Shown here in pieces: positions 17,518 through 26,909 of a stretch of DNA of 32,000 nucleotides. Under the pieces are notes generated by a model. The model searched no databases and was not told where the DNA came from. It was given only the letters and a program-made list of their open reading frames with translations. The DNA comes from Candidatus Thorarchaeota archaeon (lineage in GTDB: Archaea > Asgardarchaeota > Thorarchaeia > Thorarchaeales > Thorarchaeaceae): contig SHMX01000001.1 in assembly GCA_008080745.1 (NCBI GenBank), forward strand, positions 270,001 through 302,000. The letters run 5' to 3'. Each line of letters opens with the position of its first letter. Position 1 is the first letter of the stretch. The position numbers and the translations under genes were made by a program.

Positions 17518-19563
17518 CTAGATTCCTGTCATCGCTGAAGCTCTAGTCTTCAGAATGGCATTGGTTATAGTAATCACTATCATTTGCATGAGCATCATAA
17601 CGACACCCAAAGCAGCCGCAGGACCAGCTCCATAAGGTGGCAGTCCTTCATATACGTCTTTAATCCAATAGGTAAATGGCGCTTGGCCGTAATTCGCACC
17701 GCCTAGTATCAGTGCAGTGCTTACTTCACTAACGGAGTAGATGAATGAGAGCAAGCCTCCCGCAAGTACACTCACTCCAATCAATGGTACAACGATCCTT
17801 GCAAATGTTGTATTTTTACTTGCACCCATATTCAACGATGCTTCTTCCAGGGCCACGGGTGTTTGCTGAAGCCCTGCAAAAGCAGCTCTCACCGTGAATG
17901 GGAATTTTCTAACAGTAAATGACATAATAATTAGAAACATTGGCCAGTCAGCTGGGAAGAACGAGATGTTAGTCCCAGGTATGATTGGAACTGCATAATA
18001 GAGATTGAAATATCCAGCTGCAATAACAATTCCTGGAAGCGCAATTGGGGAGGTGACAAGCATATCAAGTGCAGTCTTTCCGGGGATGTCTTTCCGTGAT
18101 ATTATGTAGGCGGCAAATACACCCAAAATAACACAAAGAAGAGTGGCTACGCCCGCATAACCAAGCGTACGAGTTATGGCGCCTTGGATATCTACATCTC
18201 CTAATACAGAGTAGTGATTAAGATTCATCGGAGGAAATAGCTCACCTCTATATTGTGCTAGGGAGAGCCAAATCACGCTAATCTGTGGAATTAGAGCAAA
18301 GAATAACAGAGGAATCACAATAATGTACAAAAGAACAGTTGCCTGTGGACTTATCCTTCTGGTTCGAGGATTCCACTGGCCGCCTTTGCTACCAGCAGTA
18401 TAGCTCCTCAAAGAAGCATATTTTCTAATTGCTAAGAATCCGACCATGGAAAGAACAAGGAGCATTACTCCTATTGCGGGACCTATTGGGCTGATGGTCC
18501 CACTTTCAGCCGTGATATTATCGAATACTTGGAAGGCAAGTAAGTTTCGAACTTGATTCTGTTCAGCAAATACAATTGGCGTTCCCAAATCCTCAATGCT
18601 AAGAATAAAGGTTAGAATAGCTCCAGCTTGAATTCCGGGCACAGCTAGAGGTAGAGTCACAGAACGGAACAGCTGGAATCCGGTTGCACCGAGGTTCTCA
18701 GCCTGTTCTTCTAAGGAGGGGTCGATACTCATGAAAGAGGAATACGCATTCAAATAGACAAGAGAGAATAGGGATAGTCCTTGTACAACAATGATGGCTG
18801 CCAGTCCACTAAATTCTATTTTGGTCCAAGTTAGCCCAAAGATTCCAAAGAAAGCACCAGCAAGCTGATTGAGATATCCATCACCAGCCATGAAATATTT
18901 GATTCCAATAGCACCTATGAAGGGTGTTGAAAGCATGGGAAATAAAAGTAAAGTGCGAAGAATTGATTTTCCATGAAATTCATATCTTGCCACAAGAAAT
19001 GCAAAGAAGGTGCCTAATAATACAGATATGATTGTTGTAGCAATTCCCACATATATCGAATTGAGAATTGCACCCATATCAATACCAGAAATTTCAAGCG
19101 TGTTAGTGTGTTCGTTAAAATAAACGAATTCTAGATCTAGCGGAAACCGGGGGATGAAGGAAGGGTTTGAGAAGATTTGGTCAAAGTAATCCAAAGTAAA
19201 ACCTGATGCATTGAAAAATGAACTCCAAACAACACTAAGTAGTGGAGCAACAAGAAATAATCCAAACACTGTAACTACGATAATTAACTGAATTCCAACG
19301 AGATAATCTATTTCTTTACGTAATTTATCATATACAGCATACAATTTCTTACCAGGATGTCTAAAGAAATCTACAATACCCTTAAGAAAATTGACAATCC
19401 AGTGGAAAGCGCCTTTAATAGTCCTACCAATTGCTTTGAAGAAACCAGTAATCCCCCCAAAAATAGAAAGGAGGACGGAAACGAGTGGATTAGGGGTTTC
19501 CTCAAACTCCGCATCAATACTTTGTTCATGCTCCGAAATTTGTTCCACATCGTTCACATCCAT
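17518..19563 (-). CDS. ABC transporter permease, fused double FbpB/AfuB type
   Basis: About 12 hydrophobic segments and two EAA loops (LEEQAENLGATGFQLFRSVTLPL; LEEASLNMGASKNTTFARIVVPL). Confidence 0.9.
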   Translation of the reverse strand: MDVNDVEQISEHEQSIDAEFEETPNPLVSVLLSIFGGITGFFKAIGRTIKGAFHWIVNFLKGIVDFFRHPGKKLYAVYDKLRKEIDYLVGIQLIIVVTVFGLFLVAPLLSVVWSSFFNASGFTLDYFDQIFSNPSFIPRFPLDLEFVYFNEHTNTLEISGIDMGAILNSIYVGIATTIISVLLGTFFAFLVARYEFHGKSILRTLLLFPMLSTPFIGAIGIKYFMAGDGYLNQLAGAFFGIFGLTWTKIEFSGLAAIIVVQGLSLFSLVYLNAYSSFMSIDPSLEEQAENLGATGFQLFRSVTLPLAVPGIQAGAILTFILSIEDLGTPIVFAEQNQVRNLLAFQVFDNITAESGTISPIGPAIGVMLLVLSMVGFLAIRKYASLRSYTAGSKGGQWNPRTRRISPQATVLLYIIVIPLLFFALIPQISVIWLSLAQYRGELFPPMNLNHYSVLGDVDIQGAITRTLGYAGVATLLCVILGVFAAYIISRKDIPGKTALDMLVTSPIALPGIVIAAGYFNLYYAVPIIPGTNISFFPADWPMFLIIMSFTVRKFPFTVRAAFAGLQQTPVALEEASLNMGASKNTTFARIVVPLIGVSVLAGGLLSFIYSVSEVSTALILGGANYGQAPFTYWIKDVYEGLPPYGAGPAAALGVVMMLMQMIVITITNAILKTRASAMTGI

Positions 19564-19574
19564 CTACTTCAGTA

Positions 19575-20996
19575 CTAACTTAGATAATCGAGTAGCTCCG
19601 ACAGAATCGCATCATATTGAGCTATAGCTGCATTTGTCCAGAGAGTCTGCATGCTTGCATAAAATGATGTATCTGTAGCCATCCGAGTATTAATCTCCTG
19701 ACAGAATGCCACAGTGACCTTACGGTTTTCACTCTCGTATTCAATGGTTACAGGATCACCAATCTTATTTGCAAAATATTCAAACTCAGACGCATCCAGA
19801 TTAGCAGCATCATATGCCTCAACAATTGCCTGCCAGACAGCTACGAGAGAATCGTGTGGGTCATTGAATACAGCTTCAAAGTAAGCTGTAAAGGCAGAAT
19901 TGATTTCAAGAGATAGCTCATCATCGAAATCAATACCCTGATTCTCCAAAGTCTGATTATACAATTCATAGAGGTCGGTATTTTCCTGTCCTGTTTCAGT
20001 AAAGAATGCTTCCTCCATAACTGGCATTCTGTTAATTCCCTCTGTGAACCAAACAGCTTGGCCCTCTGCAGAAAGAACAAAATCAAGAAATGCTTCAGCC
20101 TGGTCCATCTTTGGTGTATCTTTCACAATAGCGATTGGATCACCATTTACAATGGTTTCATTCTCAGGGAGGATATATTCACAATTAGGGTTCTGCTTTT
20201 GTGTGGAATACCCATAGAAGTCAATTGACATAGAAACACCTACTTCACCACTCTCTGCAGCTGCTTGGGTTTCAACAGAGCCTTGATAGAGATTCGCGCT
20301 TCCAACCATTCGAGCTAGAGTCTGCCAACCTGCGTCCCAACCCATACCCTGAGTGACGATTTCATATATTCGAGTATTAGAAGTAGTCTTTGGAGCATTC
20401 CCCATAGCTATCGTAGCAGTGGGGAGAATTGAGCCCCATACTGGCTGAGCCAAGTGGGTCCAATTATTAGGCTCGGGTAGACCATAGGTGTCTAGGAAGT
20501 TGTGATTTACTGTGAACCCGAAGGAGGATATAGCTGCAGCAACCCAAACAACGTCTCCAGCATCATTTATTCGTTTCATGCTTGCACCTGCAATTTCGTC
20601 AGGTACACGACTAAGAATTTCTGTTACTTTATCGCTAGTGAGGGGTTCAAGATTTCCATTTCTTTGTTGCTGATCGAATATTGTTGGTCCGCCACCCCAG
20701 AGTACATCAATACCACCCGCATCTATAACAGTATCCCAGAACTGTGCCTGTTGAGTTTTCCAAACAACATCGACTATACCTAGTTCCTGGGCCTGTTCAG
20801 AGGCAAGAAATGCATTCTCATAAGCTTCGTGGATAGCGGTATCATGACGGGTCAGTACTGTTAAAACATTGCCACCGTCTCCACCAGGTCCTATCTGCAT
20901 CACGATAACGATTCCTGCAATACTAATCACTGCAATAACAGCAACAGCTGCAATAATTGTTGTCATATTTCTTCCAGATTCAAACTCAGACGCCAT
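19575..20996 (-). CDS. ABC solute-binding protein of the FbpA/AfuA/thiamine-like group, N-terminally anchored
   Basis: N-terminal hydrophobic anchor, DVLWGGG, FGFTVN, P.NW..LA.P, NGDPIAIVK and AEAFLDFVLSAEGQ. It is the first gene of an SBP-permease-ATPase operon. ATG 20996 follows GGTGA. Confidence 0.85.
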   Translation of the reverse strand: MASEFESGRNMTTIIAAVAVIAVISIAGIVIVMQIGPGGDGGNVLTVLTRHDTAIHEAYENAFLASEQAQELGIVDVVWKTQQAQFWDTVIDAGGIDVLWGGGPTIFDQQQRNGNLEPLTSDKVTEILSRVPDEIAGASMKRINDAGDVVWVAAAISSFGFTVNHNFLDTYGLPEPNNWTHLAQPVWGSILPTATIAMGNAPKTTSNTRIYEIVTQGMGWDAGWQTLARMVGSANLYQGSVETQAAAESGEVGVSMSIDFYGYSTQKQNPNCEYILPENETIVNGDPIAIVKDTPKMDQAEAFLDFVLSAEGQAVWFTEGINRMPVMEEAFFTETGQENTDLYELYNQTLENQGIDFDDELSLEINSAFTAYFEAVFNDPHDSLVAVWQAIVEAYDAANLDASEFEYFANKIGDPVTIEYESENRKVTVAFCQEINTRMATDTSFYASMQTLWTNAAIAQYDAILSELLDYLS

Positions 20997-21276
20997 CTTC
21001 TTCACCATCCTTGAAAAGAGAATTCATAATCTTATATTTCACATTATCCTCTCTCAAGGTTTCCTAATTTTGAAATGAACAGTCCTGAATATTAATACTT
21101 TGGAATCCATTCAAATACACGAATTTTTGACATTAATATTATAAGGAACTATATGCTAAATTGGGGACGCATGAGTTAGGACAAGATAATCTGCTCCCAA
21201 AGGTCTAAATACTGGGAGAGAGATTATTTTGTTATCCCTCTCGATGTCCGGAGGACTTACGAGGAGAAAAATAAAA

Positions 21277-22314
21277 ATGAGAGCAGGAAGCAATACTCGC
21301 AAATTCGCTTCGATTATTCTTATCGTAGCACTATTTGCACCTTACTTATTCGGTGGTTTTGCTCCAATCCATGCTAACGCCCAAGAGGAACAAACAATTG
21401 TGTTTGATATGAGTCATGGACAATATTCAGACTCCATTTGGGAGGCTGAAGACTTTGATCTTAGGCTCTATCTTGGTCCAGATTACAAGTTAGTATGGGC
21501 ATGGGGTGGACTGAATGATAGTGTTCTCGCTGATGCTGATGGATTGGTTATTGGATCAATCTACGGTGATGAAAACGGCTTTACAACCGCAGAAATTGAA
21601 GCTGTTTCCACATGGTTTAATGCTGGAAACAAATTCCTTTGGGTTGGAGCTGATTCAGATTTCAGTGGAGCATACATCAATAACAACATGAGCGCAATCC
21701 TAGAAGCTTGCGGCTCACATGTATATCCAGAACCAACTGCTGTTGAAGACCCAGAATACAATGCTGGTTCAGCTTACAGAGTTGTCGCAACAGAATACAG
21801 TACTGACCCATTTGTTGCAGACATTGTAGAAGGAGTCAATGCAACTCTAATGCACGGACCTACCTGTCTATATGGAGCAACTGGTGGAGCAGCAGATGCT
21901 GGTCCAGTTGACCTCAGAACTACCGATATTGCCAATGTCTATCCAGTCATGAGATACAGCGAAAATGCTGTAATTGCTGATGGTGACACTGTTGATCCAC
22001 TAGCTCATCCCACTGATGCTGAGGGTGACTTCGTTGCAATGACAGTGGAAACATATGCAGGTACCAATCAGACTGGAATTATCGTGGTTTCAGGTGCATC
22101 ACCCTATGGTGATTACAAACCAATGACCGCTACATCATACTATGATGTGCCCTTAACTGGTCACTATCTAGTTAGACAAACTTTTGATTGGGGAATGGAA
22201 ATGGCTCCAACTCTTGTAGCCCCAGATCCACTAGGCGGATTACTCCCCATCATTGCAGTTGTTGGTATAGCAATTGTTGTTGTAGTTGTAATGTATTTCA
22301 TTATGAAGAAGTAA
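21277..22314 (+). CDS. Secreted, C-terminally anchored protein with a stand-alone GATase-like (DUF4350/GIFT-like) domain
   Basis: Signal peptide, IVFDMSHGQ, LADADGLVIG and FTTAEIEAVSTWFNAGNKFLWVG, ending in a hydrophobic tail plus MKK. ATG 21277 follows GAGGAG. Confidence 0.7.
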   Translation: MRAGSNTRKFASIILIVALFAPYLFGGFAPIHANAQEEQTIVFDMSHGQYSDSIWEAEDFDLRLYLGPDYKLVWAWGGLNDSVLADADGLVIGSIYGDENGFTTAEIEAVSTWFNAGNKFLWVGADSDFSGAYINNNMSAILEACGSHVYPEPTAVEDPEYNAGSAYRVVATEYSTDPFVADIVEGVNATLMHGPTCLYGATGGAADAGPVDLRTTDIANVYPVMRYSENAVIADGDTVDPLAHPTDAEGDFVAMTVETYAGTNQTGIIVVSGASPYGDYKPMTATSYYDVPLTGHYLVRQTFDWGMEMAPTLVAPDPLGGLLPIIAVVGIAIVVVVVMYFIMKK

Positions 22315-22334
22315 TTTCTACTTCTTCTCAACTC

Positions 22335-22343
22335 TTTTTTTTT
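22335..22343 (+). terminator. Oligo-T terminator candidate
   Basis: A run of 9 T within a pyrimidine-rich tract 20 nt after the stop at 22314. Confidence 0.5.
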
Positions 22344-22405
22344 CTCACAACTAACCTTTTATCAAGCAGCTTCACAGTATTTCTAGTAACAGAAGGCTGT
22401 GTATA

Positions 22406-24820
22406 ATGGTTTCACGAAAGCTGATTTTGCTCGGAGTATTCATTTCAGTTCTGTTGTTCGCACCAATGGTCTATCAAAGCTACGATTTGGACTTGTCCTC
22501 TAATTACCAATCCAATTCTGCCCAGACCTTTACTGGTGCAAAGATTCTCTTTGATGAGGCTCATACCAAAAACGGGAGTGCTCTATGGACTCCTGGAAAT
22601 GCATCACTTTTTAGTGCATTATTAACAGAGAACGGACATGAATCAGACACTAATTTTGAAAATGATCTAGATTCCACACTATTGAGTAATTACGATATTC
22701 TTGTGTTATTCTTTCCTCAGATATCTCTAAAGTCGTCAGAGGTCACTGCAATCGAAGATTTTGTTGAAAATGGAGGTGGTTTACTCCTAGTCGGTATCGA
22801 TAATCAGACAACTTCTTGGCTATATACGCCAGAACATCTGAATAGTATATCTGAATCATTTGGAATAACATTCAATCTTGATGAGTGGAGTGGAACTGCT
22901 AATGATTTCGATGATCATCAAGTCATGCAGGGAGTTTCTTCAATTCACTCAAACTCAGAACAGCATTCAGCTTGTTCTTTATCGCTTTCAGGTTCAGCGA
23001 CATCAGTCGCACTTTATGATGGAAATTCTATTGTTGCAGTATCGTCCTCAGGTTCAGGACGGGTTGTTGCGGTAGGAACATTGGCACCATTCCTGATGTA
23101 TAATGAAAAAGTGAATCTCTTAGAGTCAAGATATGACCATCATCAATTCTCATTGAATGTCATCGATTGGCTCAGTGGTAATGCCCATAGAACTGCTACG
23201 ATTCCAGAGCGGAATGTGCTGTATGTAGGAGATGGTCCCAATCTAACTCCGGCACAAATAGCAGAATACAAGATATTTACGGGAGTCTATCATGAACATA
23301 CTACACACAGTGATGGAGCACAAGATCCCGATGAGGTACTAGATACTGCAATGGATATTTCATTAGATTTCATGATTCCTACCGATCACTCCTACGATGT
23401 AGAGCCCACAAACCAGAGAGGAGGAATTACTGGAGCTATGGCAATGAGAGAAATAGCTAAGAGAAATGGTTTGGATATTCATATCGTACTAGGAGCGGAG
23501 TTATCTAAGGGCAAACATTCTGTTGCATTTCCATTAACTGAAAATGTCTATACAAATATACAACAAGAAATGATCACCGAATCACATAATCAAGGTGCTA
23601 TAATTGGATTATGCCATCCGACAATAGATCCCACTTATGCACCAGTATACGAAGAATTTGAGTCATATGACTATGACTTCATAGAAGTCGATAATTCTGG
23701 ATTCATCTACGGTTCAGGAGAAGAGGGATTTTCCAAGAACTTCATGGGAGCTTCAGACTTTCATGATAGATGGAAAATGAATACCATGCTCAATGTGCTC
23801 TTCATTCAGAACCCAACCGGTCCAGATGGTAGTATCAGCGATGCAGATATCGTTGATGCGGTTCTTAATAGGCGAATTGTAATCATCGATAAAATCAATT
23901 CAATAGTATATGGAGAAAAGGTGTGGGTAGACAGATTCTTAGAGATGGAGGAAGAAACTGAAACGAGTATTTCTACCGCTACGACCATAATTCAACAAGA
24001 AGAAGCGACTGGCACCTCTGTAGGTCTATCAAGACTATATCTTAGATGGGCAGAAAGCGCCTTTGATTACATGAGCTATGGAAAATCTCTTAGATACTCC
24101 AATAACTCAATATCACCAGATAGTATAGGTATTGACATAGAGATAGCCAGTCCGGAGGAATTTGTCTTTGAGGAGAACTCCGCGTTTGATGTGACAATTG
24201 ATATCACAAACAATCTGGACTATGAAATCTCGATTAACACTTCTCTCATCAAGGCAACCCACTTGGATATCAGTCCAATCAACCAAGAACAATCGATTCC
24301 CGATGGTTCGAGTGTTTCGTTTACTAGACCTGCACAACTTACTGAACCTGGATTCGTGAATATACTCATCAACATCCTTGACTTTGATACCAACGACGAT
24401 TTGATGCCCGTTATACTCAGAATGGGAGGAATAGTTGACGTAATTAATTTCGATGAGGAACTTGATGAAACAGGCACTACAGTCCAAGTGTGGGTTCCTA
24501 CCCAACGAGATGACTACGGTCAGATCAAGTCTGCTACACTCACTTATACAGATAGTAGTGGACAAGAGTATTCCGTCGCAATGAGCCCCAGAATAGATGG
24601 GGTTAGGGGAGAAATTACGGACTATTATGCAGGTGAAACTCTTGATTTGTCTATTGAAATCGTGGATTATGCAGGTGAAACCTATACTCTGACAGGAACC
24701 TATACTGTGCAAGAAGGGGCACCACCACTTCCATTAATGCCAATTATAGCTGTGATTGGTATTGCTGGAGTTGCTGCAGTAGTTATAGTGATAGCTTTCA
24801 GAAAGTTCAAAGGTACCTAG
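22406..24820 (+). CDS. Surface-anchored protein: GATase-like (DUF4350/GIFT-like) domain + PHP metallo-phosphoesterase domain + beta-rich stalk + C-terminal TM helix
   Basis: ILFDEAH...NYDILVL...SEVTAIEDFVENGGGLLLVG. PHP metal ligands YHEHTTHSDG, PTDH, GAE, CHP and ASDFH. Hydrophobic tail ending RKFKGT. Confidence 0.8.
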   Translation: MVSRKLILLGVFISVLLFAPMVYQSYDLDLSSNYQSNSAQTFTGAKILFDEAHTKNGSALWTPGNASLFSALLTENGHESDTNFENDLDSTLLSNYDILVLFFPQISLKSSEVTAIEDFVENGGGLLLVGIDNQTTSWLYTPEHLNSISESFGITFNLDEWSGTANDFDDHQVMQGVSSIHSNSEQHSACSLSLSGSATSVALYDGNSIVAVSSSGSGRVVAVGTLAPFLMYNEKVNLLESRYDHHQFSLNVIDWLSGNAHRTATIPERNVLYVGDGPNLTPAQIAEYKIFTGVYHEHTTHSDGAQDPDEVLDTAMDISLDFMIPTDHSYDVEPTNQRGGITGAMAMREIAKRNGLDIHIVLGAELSKGKHSVAFPLTENVYTNIQQEMITESHNQGAIIGLCHPTIDPTYAPVYEEFESYDYDFIEVDNSGFIYGSGEEGFSKNFMGASDFHDRWKMNTMLNVLFIQNPTGPDGSISDADIVDAVLNRRIVIIDKINSIVYGEKVWVDRFLEMEEETETSISTATTIIQQEEATGTSVGLSRLYLRWAESAFDYMSYGKSLRYSNNSISPDSIGIDIEIASPEEFVFEENSAFDVTIDITNNLDYEISINTSLIKATHLDISPINQEQSIPDGSSVSFTRPAQLTEPGFVNILINILDFDTNDDLMPVILRMGGIVDVINFDEELDETGTTVQVWVPTQRDDYGQIKSATLTYTDSSGQEYSVAMSPRIDGVRGEITDYYAGETLDLSIEIVDYAGETYTLTGTYTVQEGAPPLPLMPIIAVIGIAGVAAVVIVIAFRKFKGT

Positions 24821-24828
24821 ATACCGTC

Positions 24829-24851
24829 GAGGTGTAGATTATCTACACCTC
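24829..24851. promoter_or_regulatory. Perfect 11-1-11 inverted repeat (operator or terminator hairpin)
   Basis: GAGGTGTAGAT-T-ATCTACACCTC, 8 nt after the stop at 24820 and about 50 nt before ATG 24904. Confidence 0.6.
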
Positions 24852-24903
24852 ATATTCTTATTTTTGCATACCATTTAATACTAACAACCACCGAAAAGAT
24901 GGT

Positions 24904-26775
24904 ATGAAACGTACTTCTACCATTCTGATTATCTTGATAATCCCTCTGTTCGTTGGAGTATTCATTACAGGACAAACTCCTACTGCAGCTTGGGGATTGA
25001 ACACACACCAATTCATTGTATCAGAAGCTATGAGCGAAATTTCCAATGACACCTGGGCGGAGGTGTTTGAATATTATTCACCTGAGATTCTTAGTGGATG
25101 TACATTGCCAGACACCGCATGGCAAGATTGGGATAATCATTTGTACTATCCTGAAACTGGCGAATATAACGCACCCAATGCAGCTAAACTCTACTATGAT
25201 TATGCACTAGCTAATTTCTCTGCCGAGAATTGGGTAGATGGCTTTGTAGCAGTTGGAGTAATGACCCACTACTTCAGTGATCCATGTATTCCGATTCATA
25301 CTGGTCCGAATTGGCCAGGACATAGTGGATATGAACGTGATATTAATGAACACCTGAACGATCTTACACTGATAGAATCAGAAGAAACAGAGGTAGAAAA
25401 TGTTTCACAGATGGTCGTAGATGCAGCAACATACTCACATCAATACTATGACACTGTAGTTGAAGCTTATGATGATGATGACTCACGAGTATTAATGTCA
25501 GATACAGAAATAAAAACACTCACCGAAGAATGCCTCTCGATGGCAATAAACGGTTGTCTCTCTCTTTTCTATACATTATCACAAGAAGTTGAGGCGCCCG
25601 ATATAACTATAGAACTCACCCATGTTGCTGTAGTTGATTATGCTCATAACAATGATTACATAGACTATGCAGGAGAAGACGAATTATCTGCTCTAAATCA
25701 AAGTTTGGCCAGAGAAGGTTTTGAGATGCGAAAGCAAACAACAGCTTTTACGTCTGGCGATCTCACCGATGCAGAACTATTAATCATAACTTGTGCGTTG
25801 GAGGAGTATAGCAGTTCTGAATTGTCAGCAATATCATCATGGGCATCTTCAGGCAATAAAACGCTCATAATAACTGGAAGAGGTGATTACTCAGAATATG
25901 TAGAAGTTGCTCGTTCAAACCAAATCCTAGAAGAGATAGGTTCAGACATCAGAATTAATGATGATAATGTCTACATGGAGGGAACATATCAACCGTTTTA
26001 CAATGATCTTACGGAGATACCTTCCAGTACAGATACTGTGGGGCTCACAGAGGATGTGGATGCTGTTACCTTCTTTTCTCCAACAAGCTTGTATTTCTTA
26101 GATGATGATGCACCATTGCCAATCATTTATGCAGATGCATCTGGATACCAGACGAATCAAAACCCTCCTGCAATATCTGTAATCTATGATGATCAAATGG
26201 ATGGAAAATATGGAGATCAGATTATACTTGGTGCAGCAGAGGAAATTGGAAGCTTTCGATTAGTTGTAACTGGCACGACCTTTTTCAGTAATTTCGATTA
26301 TCAAAAAAGTGTTAATTTTGATAATATCGTTTTGTTGGAAAACATCTTAGAATGGGCAAAAGGAATACGCCTGATTGATACAATACCGTTGGTTGATGAG
26401 GTAGGACCAAGAATTGGCGAACTGACTACAACAACACAACAGCCAATTTCTGAAGAGATGGCAACTTTTACTGCCAGTGTATCTGATCCAAGTGGTGTTA
26501 AGAATGTAAGTGTGGAATATGTCTTGAATGGAATCACACATACATTTGCAATGACTGGAAGTGATGGACAATATACAGTCGATATTCCGAATCCTGGAAC
26601 AACAGTTAATCTTCGCGTTGTTGCTTATGATAATGATAACAATTATGCAATAAGAGGCGACTTTGCAGTGATTTGGGAGAGATCAGGTGGTATTGACCCT
26701 CTTCTAATTGCAATAATTGGTATTGCTGCAGTAGTTGGCATTGTTGTGGTTGTAATACTCATTAAAATGCGATAA
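24904..26775 (+). CDS. Surface-anchored protein: Zn-dependent phospholipase C/S1-P1 nuclease-like domain + GATase-like domain + Ig-like domain + C-terminal TM helix
   Basis: The signal peptide ends just before WGLNTH (a mature N-terminal Trp is a Zn ligand in this fold). Further motifs PD, HYFSD...PIH and H.GYE, then VVDYAHNN...ELSAISSWASSGNKTLIITG. Tail ends KMR. Confidence 0.8.
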   Translation: MKRTSTILIILIIPLFVGVFITGQTPTAAWGLNTHQFIVSEAMSEISNDTWAEVFEYYSPEILSGCTLPDTAWQDWDNHLYYPETGEYNAPNAAKLYYDYALANFSAENWVDGFVAVGVMTHYFSDPCIPIHTGPNWPGHSGYERDINEHLNDLTLIESEETEVENVSQMVVDAATYSHQYYDTVVEAYDDDDSRVLMSDTEIKTLTEECLSMAINGCLSLFYTLSQEVEAPDITIELTHVAVVDYAHNNDYIDYAGEDELSALNQSLAREGFEMRKQTTAFTSGDLTDAELLIITCALEEYSSSELSAISSWASSGNKTLIITGRGDYSEYVEVARSNQILEEIGSDIRINDDNVYMEGTYQPFYNDLTEIPSSTDTVGLTEDVDAVTFFSPTSLYFLDDDAPLPIIYADASGYQTNQNPPAISVIYDDQMDGKYGDQIILGAAEEIGSFRLVVTGTTFFSNFDYQKSVNFDNIVLLENILEWAKGIRLIDTIPLVDEVGPRIGELTTTTQQPISEEMATFTASVSDPSGVKNVSVEYVLNGITHTFAMTGSDGQYTVDIPNPGTTVNLRVVAYDNDNNYAIRGDFAVIWERSGGIDPLLIAIIGIAAVVGIVVVVILIKMR

Positions 26776-26781
26776 GTACGT

Positions 26782-26820
26782 ACGAGTCGGCATGATATTG
26801 TCGACTTGTTATTATTTTAT
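26782..26820 (+). terminator. Hairpin plus T-rich tract terminator
   Basis: ACGAGTCGGCA-TGATAT-TGTCGACTTGT (11-bp stem, two G-U) followed by TATTATTTTAT, 6 nt after the stop at 26775. Confidence 0.55.
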
Positions 26821-26909
26821 ATGATAATATAGTAGGTTTACGCATTCTGCGTACATTCATATGTAAATTCTTCATAGTAATAGATGCCACTGCCTAGGGG
26901 TCCTGCAGT

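Noticed and set aside
24113-24712. 199-aa minus-strand ORF
   Set aside because: Lies wholly antisense to the PHP-domain gene and has the Ile/Cys/Ser-rich composition typical of shadow frames.
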